DNA from: Octopus vulgaris
Lineage: Eukaryota
Direction: 5' to 3'
Length of the DNA stretch: 64,000 nt
Assembly: GCA_951406725.2 (NCBI GenBank)
Contig: OX597820.1
Span: forward strand, 115,072,001 to 115,136,000
Part shown: positions 24,447 through 36,997 of the stretch, piece by piece
Numbering within the stretch: the stretch's first letter is position 1
Layout: each line of letters begins with the position of its first letter
Position numbers and translations under genes: made by a program
Notes under the pieces: model-generated
The model's database searches: none
What the model saw: only the letters and a program-made list of their open reading frames with translations
What the model was told of the DNA's origin: nothing

Positions 24447-24915
24447 AGCCTTGTGAGTGGATTTGGTAGACAGAAACTGAAAGAAGCCCATCATATATGT
24501 GTGTGTGTGTGTCTGTGTTTGTCCCACCAACATCGCTTGACAACCGATGCTGGTGTGTCTACATCCCTGTAACTTAGCAGTTCCACAAAAGATACCGATA
24601 GAATAAGTACTAGGCTTACAAAAAATAAGTCCTGGGATCAATTTGGTTGACTAAAGGCATTACTCTAGCATGGCCACAGTCAAATGACTGAAACAAGTAA
24701 AAGAATAAAAGAATATATGTTTGTCCCCTCACCATCGCTTGACAATCTATGTTGGTGTGTTTACGTCCCTGTAACTTAGTGGTTCGGCAAAAGAAACCGA
24801 TAGAGTAAGTACTAGGCTTACAAAGAATAAGTCCTGGGGTTGATTTGTTCAACTAAAGGCAGTGCTCCAGGATGGCCGCAGTCAAATGACTGAAACAAAT
24901 AAAAGAATGAAAGAA
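24447..24915 (+). mobile_element. Two partial SINE family 1 copies
   Basis: 3' halves repeated in tandem. Confidence 0.8.
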
Positions 24916-24949
24916 TATATATATATATATATATATATATGTTTTTCGA

Positions 24950-25375
24950 TCGGATAACAAACACCATCCGATCGTGGCCGTCCGCCAGCCTCGTCTGGCA
25001 CCTGTGTCGGTGGCACATAAGAAAACACCGAAAACACCATCCGAGCGTGGCCGTCTGCCAGCCTCGTCTGGCACCTGTGTCGGTGGCACATAAAAAACAC
25101 CATCCGAGCGTAGCCGTCTGGCACCTGTGTCGGTGGCACATAAAAAACACCATCCGAGCGTGGCCGTCTGCCAGCCTCGTCTGGCACCTGTGTCGGTGGC
25201 ACATAAAATCACCCACTACACTCTCGGAGTGGTTGGCGTTAGGAAGGGCATCCAGCTGTAGAAACACTGCCAGATCTGACTGGCCTGGTGCAGCCTTCGG
25301 GCTTGCCAGACCCCAGTTGAACCATCCAACCCATGCTAGCATGGAAAGCGGACGTTAAACGATGATGATGATGAT
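24950..25375 (+). mobile_element. RTE 3' UTR fragment with about four tandem modules
   Basis: Repeated CACCATCCGAGCGTGGCCGTC...GGCACCTGTGTCGGTGGCACATAA; (GAT)n tail. Confidence 0.9.
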
Positions 25376-26012
25376 ATCAACTATTCAAAGGAATCTCATA
25401 AAAACAGAATCATCCAAACCTCTACAGTTAGATGATTTTCCCTCAACTATTTCTAAGTTGTGCGTGCTGGATGCTTTTACATAGCACTGCATGAGTGTTT
25501 TTTACAGGGTACCAACTTTTCAACCATCCTCCATCTCTCTCTTTGTCTTTTCTACACTCTAGCAACCTCCATCCCCTCACATTCCTGGGTTTTCTGACTC
25601 CTCCCTCATCCACTTCTCCTACTTTGAAAATCTACACAGACATCTCATCGCCACTATTTATTTATTTCTTCCCTGTTCCACTCCAGTCACCCCACTCCAA
25701 AATAAGTAGCTATGTGGCCCTCTGCTAGAATCAAAAATCTGTTTGCTATGGTCCTTTCTCTCATAGCCTCATCTCTCAGCATAAAGCCAACCCTCAAGGT
25801 TCAAAGTCTTGCATATGCTCATGACATAAAAAATTCTCCTAACACATGCTGTAAAGTGTTTGGCATTAGGAAAGGCATCCAGTTATAGAAACCATGTCAA
25901 ACTAGACAGTTGGGCAAAATGTAGTCCTTGGAACCATCAAATCTTGTCAAAGCATCCAACCCATACCAGCACGAAACATGGACATTAAATGATAGTGAAG
26001 CTTATATATATA

Positions 26013-26420
26013 TAAGGAGTGGCTGTGTGGTAAGTAGCTTGCTACCCAACCACATGGTTCCGGGTTCAGTCCCACTGCGTGGCATCTTGGGCAAGTGTCT
26101 TCTGCTATAGCCTCGGGCCGACCAAAGCCTTGTGAGTGGATTTGGTAGATGGAAAACTGAAAGAAGCCTGTCGTATATATGTATATATATGTGTATGTGT
26201 GTGTATATGTTTGTGTGTCTGTGTTTGTCTCTCTAGCATTGCTTGCCAACCAATGCTGGTGTGTTTACGTCCCTGTCACTTAGCAGCTCAGCAAAAAAGA
26301 CTGATAGAATAAGTACTGGGCTTACAAAGAATAAGTCCCGGGGTCGATTTGCTCGACTAAAGGTGGTGCTCCAGCATGGCCGCAGTCAAATGACTGAAAC
26401 AAGTAAAAGAGTAAAAGAAA
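26013..26420 (+). mobile_element. SINE family 1
   Basis: Head, CORE-like segment and tail present. Confidence 0.9.
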
Positions 26421-26447
26421 AGATATATATATATATATATATATATA

Positions 26448-27083
26448 TGCCAGGAGCGTAACCAGCCCACTTGTGTGTACCTTTTTCTTCTTTGGACACT
26501 AAACTCTGCTTGTGAAGACCTATTGAGGCAAGTGAAATTGAAATCAAAATCAAAGTGAAATTCAATGACGGGTACGAGCACCATACAAGCATGATCGTTG
26601 ACAGAGTGGCTAACCGGCTTCGGTGCCAGTGGTACATAAAAGGCACCATTCGAGTGTGATCGTTACCAGCTTCGCCTTACTGGCACTTGTACCCCGTGCT
26701 AGTAGGGTGCCAAGAGCACAATCGAGCGCGATCGTTGCCCCAGAGCAGCTAACTGGCTTCCGTGCCGGTGGCATGTAGGAGGCACCATTCGAGCGTGATC
26801 GTTACCAACGTCACCTTACTGGCACCTGTGCCGTTGGCATGTGTAAAAAGATTCGAGCGAGGTCGTTGCTAGTACCACCTGACTGGCCCCCTTGCTGGTG
26901 GCACGTAAAAGCACCCACTACACTCTCGAAGTGGTTGGCGTTAGGAAGGGCATCCAGCTGTAGAAACTCTGCCAGATCAAGACTGGAGCCTGCTGCAGCC
27001 ATCTGGTTCGGCAGCTCTCAGTCAAAATCGTCCAACCCATGCTAGCATGGAACGCAGACGTTAAACGATGATGATGATGATGA
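26448..27083 (+). mobile_element. RTE 3' UTR of a distinct subfamily with modular repeats
   Basis: Modules CACCATTCGAGCGTGATCGTTACC...; shared terminal segment and (GAT)n tail. Confidence 0.85.
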
Positions 27084-27549
27084 TATATATACATTATTTA
27101 AGCAAGTCATTATGACAATATGCACTCTGTAGTATAATGCTGTACGCCCACACACATTTATATCAGGATTTACGCACATTACTGCTTATTGCTGTCACAT
27201 GTATTTTACTTACAGTGAACTGCTAAGTAGTACAGCTGGCCATTGAATGACGACAAGGATATAAGAAGAACCGGTTTGCGGTTCACAGCGCCTGCTTTGT
27301 TGGTCTCTGTAGCTGAGAGGAGACAATCACTCCAAAATGTATGCATACCAGTGTGGTTACGGATCAGAGTGAGCTGACATGGTGTATTTACACCTGTTTG
27401 TCTACAGCAAAAAATTTTCTCTATGACAAAATACAGTGAATGTCTTTCTTACAGGTTCGAATATGCTTTAAGCATATTTGACCTGGTCACAAGCTTGTGT
27501 TTATGTACATCACTGCTAATGCTGTTATCCTGTATATATATATATATAT

Positions 27550-27665
27550 AAACAATATTTTATAATTACGATTATAATTAGGGTTCAGCAAAATTTACTT
27601 TACCACATACCAAATCTTTGCTGAACCCTAATTAAAATTATACTCGTAATTATAAAATATTGTTT
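27550..27665. repeat. Imperfect inverted repeat in a Penelope-like fragment
   Basis: AAACAATATTTTATAATTACGA...AATTAGGGTTCAGCAAA and TTTGCTGAACCCTAATT...TCGTAATTATAAAATATTGTTT. Confidence 0.75.
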
Positions 27666-28199
27666 AAGTTTACCGAGAAATGGTCCTTTTTCATGCCGAA
27701 TTCTACTTGGTGAAATTATTAATTACTAGTTAATTAATTAATTTTACCCTTTATTATTATTATTATTTTCTCTCTATATATATATAGTACCCATATATGC
27801 ATGTATATATATGTAGGTATGTACATATATGTATGTATATATGCATATATTTATATTATATGTGTGCGTGTATGTGTATATCCGTGCATGTCTCTGTGTT
27901 GGTGTTTGTCCCCCACCTCTGCTTGAAAATTGGTGTTAGTGTGTTTATGTCTCTTTAACTTAGCTGTTCAGCAAAAGAATTCGATATAATAAATATAAGG
28001 CTTTAAAAAATTTAAGTACTAGGGTCGATTCATTCGTCCCCCCAAAATTCTTCAAGGCGGTGCCCTAGCATGACTGCAGTGTAATGACTAAAACAAGTAA
28101 AAAATAAAACATACAGGCGGTGCGCCAGCACGGCCGCAGTCAAATGACTGAAACGAGTAAAAGAGTAAAAGAGAGATATGAATTTATAAATGCACCCAC

Positions 28200-28245
<46 letters not shown>

Positions 28246-28389
28246 ATCTGTTGCTTATTCAGTAAGCATGAAACTGGCAGCTTCCAAAAGAATCCACTAC
28301 TGCTAATAACAATTGTATCATTTGCATAATTCAGGAATCTCCTTTCACTGCGCTTCTATTTAGTATTTAATAAATTGAATGTTCCACAT

Positions 28390-28428
<39 letters not shown>

Positions 28429-28892
28429 AATGCAGAACTAAAATTGTTTAACATTAGTTATTATGAGTTGTGGTTGAGGAATTAACGCTTGACTTGTTTG
28501 CTCACGTGTGTGTGTGTGTGTGTTTTATTTGCTTCAGTGGCACAAGATCATGCTTATTTATAGTAGTAAGAACATCAGATTTTGTGACAGCTATGGAATT
28601 CCTGAAGGGCATTTAAAATGAATGGGCTTTTGACCCCCTTTTTTTTTTGGTGGTGGTGGTGGTGGTTGTGGGGTTATGAGTGAGGAAGGGTTCACCAAGG
28701 GTGTGCTACTCAGCACTGGGTAGCCTATAAATGCTACTGAGTTGCAGATATAACTCCCTCCACTCCTTATCAAATATCGCCTCCCACCTTTCTTATATAT
28801 TCTTTCTCTTGTCCCAGAGATACAGGCTTCAAGATTTTTATTTTATTTTATTTTCTCACATTAACTCCAGAATTATCGAATATAAATGGACG

Positions 28893-29075
28893 ACTCCTCT
28901 GGCACGTAAAAAGCACCCACTACACTCACGGAGTGGTTGGCGTTTGGAAGGGCATCCAGCTGTAGAAACACTGCCAGATCAAATTGGAGCCTGGTGCAGC
29001 CTCCTGGCTTCCTAGACCCTGGTCGAACCGTCCAACCTGTGCTAGCACGGAAAACAGACATTAAACGATGATGAT
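28893..29075 (+). mobile_element. RTE 3' UTR fragment
   Basis: Conserved terminal segment plus GATGAT tail. Confidence 0.85.
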
Positions 29076-29620
29076 ATAAAAATACAACAGATTTCGGTAT
29101 AGTTTTTATCTGCCCTGGGCTATAGGAGAATCCACATGCTCAAAGTACCGCACGGTGGAATCAAACTCAAATCCACCTGGCTGTGAAGCAAGCTTCTTAG
29201 TCGCAAAGCCATGCCTTTCCCGAAATTGTTCTCTAAATTTACAGTTTATACTCTTTTACTTGTATCAGTCATTTGACTGCAACTATGCTGGAACATTGAC
29301 TTAACGGGTTTTAGTTGAAGAAATTGACCCCAGGACTTATTCTTTGTAAGCCTAGTACTTATTCTATTGGTCTCTTTTGCTGAACCGCTAAATTACGGGG
29401 ACATAAACACACCAACATCGGATGTCAGGTGATGGTGGGAGGACAGACAGACAGACACACACACACAAATTTATGTATGTATGTATGTATGTTTTAGTTG
29501 CCAATTTTGTACAAGACATTGTAGATCTTTGGCTGGGCTAAAAAGTCACATTCGATCACAGCACCAGTAACAGTTAAGCTTCATGCAATGGCCATACTCG
29601 ATAACGAGGGGTTAGCCATA

Positions 29621-29653
<33 letters not shown>

Positions 29654-29831
29654 ACTGGCTTCTTTCAGTTTCCTTCTACCAAATCCACTCACAAAGCTGC
29701 AGTAGAAGACACTTGTGTAAGGTGCTACACAGTAGGACCGAACCTCGTAACCATGTGGCTGGGAAGGAAGTTTCTTACCACACAGCCATGCCTGTGCTTA
29801 TAAAGGCAGTTCAAAATAGTTTTATAAATTA

Positions 29832-30196
29832 CTAGCACTATGACCTGGCATTGCTGGGTCATAGTGCTAGTGCATGCATATACATCTGCGTGCATGCGCA
29901 CATACACGCAAGTACTGTCCAAATCTCCGACCAATCACATGCAGCTAGCTGGCATTCAATTGGCGTATCAAGTTTCAGGCATTTTGATTGGGTTTTGAAT
30001 AGAAAATTCACAAAAAAGTCAATTCCATTGATTTTTTTAATGGCTTTGCGGGGTGACTGGGGAAATGTAAAGATGTGCACGGCCACCCTTGGTCGGTTTT
30101 GAATGACCATGGAAAGTGCGAGCCCTCTAACTGAAAAATTGTGGATTTGTATAAAGGACACACACACAGACATTTTGTCGTTTATATATAGAGAGA
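29832..30196 (-). mobile_element. Non-autonomous Helitron
   Basis: Minus-strand 5' A|TCTCTCTATATATAAACG; 3' hairpin ending CTAG|T. Confidence 0.8.
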
Positions 30197-30804
30197 TAAT
30201 TGCCATTTAAAGTTCTCGAGCAGCGAGAATTGAAAACTATGACCAGCAAAATATCTATCTCTGTATGTAGGGTACACACACACACACACACATGATCTCT
30301 AATGGCGAAACCTTTAAGTCTAGTGTTAATAGATTAATGAACGAATAATTGGTTTTTAAATATTTTTGAGTGATCTGTTGTAAGGCTAGATTACATTGCT
30401 TGTCCTGCCGGCCATATATATTTGTTCACTGACAGTTGGAACATGTAATTCAACTTTATATCGGGACCGGTTAGTTTTGAATTTCGGCTGTCTATTTCCC
30501 CAATCACCGCAATTTTACCCTTTTGTTAAATTGATTTATAGAAACCTTCTGCGCCCTCCTCCCAACTATATTATAACAAACCAGCAAACACTTCTTTCAG
30601 CTCCTGTATTTGCTTTAAAAACAGTCGGTTGTACATTTGAACATGAATAATTCATAGAAACTCGAGAATCCGTGAGAGGGTCGTAAAAGATTTTGCCGAT
30701 TGAATCAATCAATCTTACATCCTGATTCCGCATACAAAGACAGTACACACACACTCACACAGATGGATTCACATTTTCAGTGTATAAATGTACGTGTGTG
30801 TGTG

Positions 30805-30917
<113 letters not shown>

Positions 30918-31161
30918 TTATATAAATAAGGATAAGATCGTTAATTTAAAAATAAAATAACGATTTTATCAAGTGGTCAGCATGGAAAAAATAACCTTCA
31001 AAGGTAATAATTATTAAAATTATAAATTAGGGTATCTATGAGATACCACCATGCTGAAAATAGCAGCCATGATCTGACTCTAAAACCATCTTAGTTGTCC
31101 ATATATCAACACGGAGAGAAAACAAAGAGACAAGATGAAGCTAGTAAAAAATTACTGGATA

Positions 31162-31220
31162 ATTCTAGATCCCGGATTTCTGACTTTGCATTTAGGAATG
31201 CTTTGCCTCGTCAGTAGAAT
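31162..31220 (-). ncRNA. Minimal type I hammerhead ribozyme
   Basis: Minus strand: attcta-CTGACGA-ggc aaa gcatt ccta aatgc aaa gtc a-GAAA-tccggg-ATC-tagaat; 6-bp stem I. Confidence 0.7.
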
Positions 31221-31296
31221 ACACACAGAAGAGAAGCATAAATACATATATATTTAAATACAACATACGAATACTTACATATACAAACGTATACCT

Positions 31297-31518
31297 AAGG
31301 CAGTGAGCTGGCAGAATCGTTAGCACGCCGGGCGAAATGCGTAGCCGTATTTCGTCTGCCGTTACGTTCTGAGTTCAAATTCCGCTGAGGTCAACTTTGC
31401 CTTTCATCCTTTCAGGGTCGATAAATTAAGTACCAGTTACGCACTGCGGTCGATGTAATCGACTTAATCCCTTTGTTTGTCTCCTCTATGTTTAGCCCCT
31501 TGTGGGCAATAAAGAAAT
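31297..31518 (+). mobile_element. SINE family 3 (tRNA head, Meta-domain-like body)
   Basis: TGGCAGAATCGTTAG (A box), GAGTTCAAATTC (B box), body GTCAACTTTGCCTTTCATCCTTTCAGGGTCGATAAATTAAGTACCAG; domain name recalled, not searched. Confidence 0.8.
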
Positions 31519-31579
31519 ATATATGCATGTATGCATCGTGACCAGTTCAAAATGCCCGCCGTTAAATATATATATGTAT

Positions 31580-31963
31580 ATAGGCGCAGGAGTGGCTGTG
31601 TGGTAAGTAGCTTGCTAACCAACCACATGGTTCCGGGTTCAGTCCCACTGCGTGGCACCTTGGGCAAGTGTCTTCTGCTATAGCCTTGGGCTGACCAAAG
31701 CCTTGTGAGTGGATTTGGTAGACAGAAAGTGAAAGAAGCCTGTCGTATATGTTTGTGTGTCTGTGTTTGTCCCTCTAGCATTGCTTGACAACCGATGCTG
31801 ATGTGTTTACATCCCTGTCACTTAGCGGTTCGGCAAAAGAGACCGATAGAATTAAGTACTGGGCTTACAAAGAATAAGTCCTGGGGTCGAGTTGCTCGAC
31901 TAAAGGCAGTGCTCTAGCATGGCCGCAGTCAAATGACTGAAACAAGTAAAAGAGCAAAAGAGT
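31580..31963 (+). mobile_element. SINE family 1, full length
   Basis: Head TAGGCGCAGGAGTGGCTGTGTGG through AAAAGAG tail. Confidence 0.9.
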
Positions 31964-32343
31964 ATATATATATATAAAGAAAAATAAGAGAATGGAGATA
32001 ACATTGGTAACTGATAAGCATCAATCATTTAAAATTATTCCTTAAATATAAACTTCGGTTGATTCCTTTCCATACATTTATGAGCATTAATACTAATACT
32101 CATAATCACATATGGCTAATACACCAGTAATTCATTGGATATAAATATCCCTTTGACGGTTTATATATATATATGTATATTATTCAAAGAAATTCCAACT
32201 CTGTTTTTTATGTTTTATTTATATTCTTTATAATATTAATGTAGGAATATAGAATATATAAATAAAAATAATATATATAGTAAAATGAAATGAAGTATTG
32301 ATTGTCTTATTGAATAGATGAAATATTGAATATAAAATATTCA

Positions 32344-32387
32344 GGGACTAGTATACTTTTTTGCATTATAGCAGTCTTCAAGGTCCC
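32344..32387 (-). ncRNA. Degenerate hammerhead-like motif
   Basis: Minus strand: gggac-cTTGAAGA-ctgc tataat gcaa-aAAA-gtatac-TA-gtccc; G12 lost; palindromic stem III AGTATACT. Confidence 0.45.
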
Positions 32388-32550
32388 AGGTTGTGACAGG
32401 AGTGTTTCAACTATTTATATATATATATATATATATAGTCGGTAAAACATGGATCTGAAAAAGAAGCAGTATATTTTGGCCTTGTCCCACTTTAATATAT
32501 ATATTAATATCAATTTTCTACCCTTATTATTTTATATATATATATATATA

Positions 32551-33703
32551 TTATAATAATAATGAAATTATTGTATACAGTGCTCAGGTGCACCACAACT
32601 TGTCAAAAGTGCGTATAAAGTATATGCAGTAATGTACAAATGGTTGGGGAGTGAACAGTGTATGAGTCAGATACATGCTTGCGTGTGTATGGCGTGGAGA
32701 AAATCAGGTGTAGTGTTGGCGAATCTCAGGAAGCATGGAAGTTTTGAAGGATACAGTGCTCCGACCACTAACAACTGATGCCGGCAGTTTGTTCCATGCT
32801 TCAGCAACTCTTAGCGTGAAAAAATGTTTCCTAAAGTCATGGGAGCTCTGCTGTTTTCTGACATTGTAAACATGTCCACGGGTGTTAGACAGATGGAGTT
32901 TGAAAAGGTGCTCAGAGTTATTGTTTATAAGATAGTTAATAATATTATGGGTGTCTGCCAAGTCAGCTGCCAGACGTCAGAGTTTCAATGTATCCATGCC
33001 TAGAGAAGTAAGGCATTCAGAATATGGCAAATGCCTGATGGAGGGTATTCTCTTGGTTGCACATCACTGAACGGCTTCCAGATGATTAATATCCTGGGCA
33101 AGATAGGGGTTCCAGATTGGTGATGCAAATTCCAGGTGAGGTCATACCATAGCTATACAAAGCCGCAGATAGATAGCCGGAGAGCAGCTCATAAAGGACT
33201 TGGTGAGTGATGCCAAGGCACCCTCAGCCTTCTTGGCAATTTTAGCGATGTGTTTTGTCCAACGCAAATCGCTGTCGACAATAATGCCCAGGTCACGTTC
33301 ACAAAAAGCCTTTTTGAGATTAGTGTTGTGGAGGGAGTAAGTAGACACTGGGTTTTTACTCCCAAAATGCATGGTGGTACATTTGTCCACAGCCAGCTTG
33401 AGTTGCCAGTCCATAATCCACTGCTGCATTGTGTCCAGGTCTGATTGCAATAAGGATCTGTAGTGTACAGGATCTGACCTCTTTATTTCGAGGTACAGCT
33501 TGATGTCATCTGCATATTTCAGCACTGTGGGATTCTTTACGTTGGCATCTATGTCATTAACATATGCAACAAATAAAAGGGGGCCAAGAACAGATCCCTG
33601 TGGTACACCAGATGTCATCTCAAAGGGTGAAGAGTGCTGTCCTAGAACTGTGACAACCTCTTTTCGGCCGATAATATAGGACTTCAACCAGTTATAGAGA
33701 TCG
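32551..33703 (-). mobile_element. 5'-truncated CR1-clade LINE (RT pseudogene)
   Basis: SGVPQGSVLGPLLFVAYVND, KYADDIKLY, ERDLGIIVDSDL, FRKHFFTLRVAEAWNKLP; (ATT)n tail. Confidence 0.92.
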
Positions 33704-33764
33704 TATATATTATCATCATCATCGTTTAACGTCCGCTTTCCCTGCTAGCATGGGTTGGACATTA

Positions 33765-35082
33765 TTCCTTTTCTTGTTTCAGTCATTTGACTGCAGCCAT
33801 GCTGGAGCACTACCTTTAGTTGAACAAATCGACCCCAGGACTTATTCTTTGTAAGCCTAGTACTTATTGTATCGGTCTCTTTTGCTGAACCGCTAAGTTA
33901 CAGGGATGCTAACACACCAACATTGGTTGTCAAGCGATGGTGGTGGTGGGGGAACAAACATGGACACAAATAGCAAATATATACACATATATATACCCAC
34001 AAAGCTGACGGAGGTAAAGAATACACATACCACCCGTTTCAGCATAACAAAAACCAATGGAGGTAAAGGACATGGACTGCACCCCTTTTTGGTTTTTTTC
34101 TTTTTCTACAGAAACCCACTTTTTTTACTGCGGAGATTCCGAATCTGCAAAAAAATTTGGCATTTCAAAATTTTAAACCACCCCCCCAACTCACCCCCTT
34201 CCCCAATTTTTCACTTGTTTTTAGAAATTTCTTTTGTCAAAATACGTAGAAAAATACAGAAATTATGATTCTGAAAAAAATTTTTGTAAAATTTCAATTT
34301 TCCAAAAATAAATAAACACCCTTCCCCTCTGCTGGCACATCTGTGACAAAAAGTGAACATGTGGTTGAGGGTCTTATCGAATTAAGTGAGGTATGTAAAA
34401 ATTAGTTTGTTTGTACACACACACAATAAAATGACATTTAAAAAAAATTTTTTTTGGGGTAATTTGTATTTAGAAAGTGGATCTTCCGTTTGGCTGTTAT
34501 TTCTAGCTTGTCGGACTCTCTGGCTGGAGTGTACTTAAAAACGGAAGATTTTGAAAACCCCAAAAACTCATTTTCAAAAGTTTAATTTTCCCCCTTTAGC
34601 TGCTGTTTCTAGCATGTCAAATTTTCTGTTTATGTCTGCTATTTTAGTAGGAGGGGAGGGTGTTTATTTATTTATTTTTTTCTGAAAAATTGAAATTTTA
34701 CAAAATTTACTTTTCAGAATCATAATCTCCGTATTTTTCTATGTATTTCACCAAAAATATTTCTAAGTAAAGGACGCGGAGGGGGGGGATTACATTTTGA
34801 AATGACAATCTTTTTGCAGATTCAGAATCTCTACAGTCAAAAAAGTGGTTTTCTGTAGGAAAAAAAACTGAAAGGGAGTGCGGTCCATGTCCTTTACATC
34901 TGCCCAAAAACACTAGCCCTAACCCTAAACACTGGGTGTACATATTCTTTACTTTCGCCCACAAGGCTTTGGTCAGCCCAAGCTTACAGTAGAAGACAGT
35001 TGCCCAAGGGGCCACGCAGTGAGACTGAACCCAGAACCATGTGGTTGGGAAGCAAGCTTCTTACCCCACACTGCCACTCCTG

Positions 35083-35083
<1 letters not shown>
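33765..35083 (-). mobile_element. SINE family 1 interrupted by a foldback element
   Basis: Tail half at 33765-33990 and head half at 34960-35083. Confidence 0.8.
34007..34959. mobile_element. Long-TIR foldback / Mutator-like non-autonomous element
   Basis: 9-bp TSD CACAAAGCT/CACAAGGCT; terminal IR plus inner inverted arms at about 34058-34330 and 34645-34903. Confidence 0.75.
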
Positions 35084-35117
<34 letters not shown>

Positions 35118-35159
35118 AAACAATTATGAACTTTTTTATTACACTTAACTTTTTAAAAT

Positions 35160-35206
35160 ATTTTTGATAAGGTTCGTTTTTTTCAAGAAGAACCGAAACG
35201 TAAAAT
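35160..35206 (+). ncRNA. Minimal hammerhead ribozyme, U3-A8 core variant
   Basis: attt-TTGATAA-ggttc...gaacc-GAAA-c-GTA-aaat. Confidence 0.6.
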
Positions 35207-35254
35207 TTCTAAGAAAATTAAAATTTATCTTATATAGTGGCGTTTTCAAACTTC

Positions 35255-36592
35255 TTGGACGAAAGACCGAGATCTCTGGTGATATGCTGTGACTGCAAAG
35301 ACCCGACAAATAATGTGAGTTCATGGCTGCTTCCTGCACCAGTTTTGCATAGCCCCAGCCCATCCAAAGTACCTTGGATTGCAGAACGACCTGCTGTGCT
35401 TACCTTGGATCGTAGGGGTTACCTGCTGTGCTTGAGGAGACCTATTGAGTCAGGTACATCAATATCAAAATAAATACCAAATGGAAATTGTAGTTATGAT
35501 ACCTGTGCCAGTGGCACCATCCGAACGTGGCCGATGCCAGCACCGCCCTGACTGGCCTCTGTGTCGGTGGCATGTAAAAAGTTGGATCTTTTCAGTTTGA
35601 ATGGCAGTTTTTAACATAATTTCTAGGTAACTAAAAAATTTTAAACTTCATATACTGGTAGTATGTGTTTATAAAACATCTTTTTCTCTTGGCTTTATTG
35701 AGAAAATTCTGTAGTTTGTAACATGTTTCGTCTTTAATTTCTTGCATTTCGGCAATTTCAACCAATCACTGGCATCTATTGCGTTAAAATGCATTCTGTG
35801 CCATATGAATATGTCCCTCGTTTGAGAAACAGATTGGTTTTATTTACATTTGTGAAGAAAAAAAGATACCCTTCCCACACCCCTAACCATAACCCTAACC
35901 CTAAGCCTAAAACAGATTGAAATGCAATAGATCGATTCTAGGGTCATAATTATGGGTGACAATTTCATATGACACCGCTAGAAAAAGGCAGTTTTTTCTA
36001 GCGGTGTCATATGAAATGTCACCCATAATTATGACCCTAGTATCAATCTATTGCATTTCAATCTATTTTAGATTTAGGGTTAGGGTGGGGGAAGGGTATC
36101 TTTCTTTCTTCACAAATGTAAATAAAACCAATCTGTTTCTTAAACAAGGGACATATTCATACAGCACAGAATGCTTTCACCTCAATAGACGGTCATTGAT
36201 TGGTTGAAATTGCTGAAATGCAAGATATTAAAGACGAAACATGTTACAAACTACAGAATTTTCTCAAGAAAGCCAAGAGAAAATGATGTTTTATAAAGAC
36301 ATTCTACAAGTATACTAAGTTTAAAATTTTTTAGTTACCTAGAAATTATGTTAAAAACTGCCGTTCAAACCGAAAAGATACAAAGCACCAACGTGGCCGC
36401 TGCTAGCTACCCCTGGCACATAAAAAACACCCACTACACTCATGGAGTGATTGGCGTTAGGAAGGGCATCCAGCTGCAGAAACACTGCCAGATCAGGCTG
36501 GAGCCTGGTGCAGCCTTCTGGCTTCCCAGACCCCGGTTGAACTGTCCAACCTGTGCTAGCATGGAAAACGGACGTTAAACGATGATGATGAT
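35255..36592 (+). mobile_element. RTE 3' UTR interrupted by a MITE dimer
   Basis: 35255-35582 and 36382-36592 match 21108-21655 in reverse orientation. Confidence 0.85.
35584..36381. mobile_element. Inverted dimer of the Merlin-like MITE
   Basis: Two copies of about 400 bp fused at truncated TIRs near 35989; the same end faces outward on both sides. Confidence 0.85.
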
Positions 36593-36610
36593 ATATATAT
36601 ATATATATAT

Positions 36611-36902
36611 ATCACGTGATCACGTGACCGACCAGACCATCAGATGTTGTTACACATCGCTGGTCACAATGCGCTTCGCATTGTTTTAGCCTTCGAATGA
36701 CGCCACCCCGCTGGCTAAGCGAGCAGGCCAACAGAAGAAAGAGAGAAAGAGTACAGTAGGGATCACCACCCCCTGCCAGAGCCTCGTGGAGCTTTTTTAG
36801 GTGTTTTCGCTCAATAAGCACACACAACGCCCTGTCTGGAAATCGAAACCGCGCTCCTACAACCGCGAGTCCGCTGCCCTAACCGCTGGGCCATTGCGCC
36901 TC

Positions 36903-36905
<3 letters not shown>
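36611..36905 (-). mobile_element. SINE family 2
   Basis: Similarity to 14373-14682. Confidence 0.9.
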
Positions 36906-36997
<92 letters not shown>

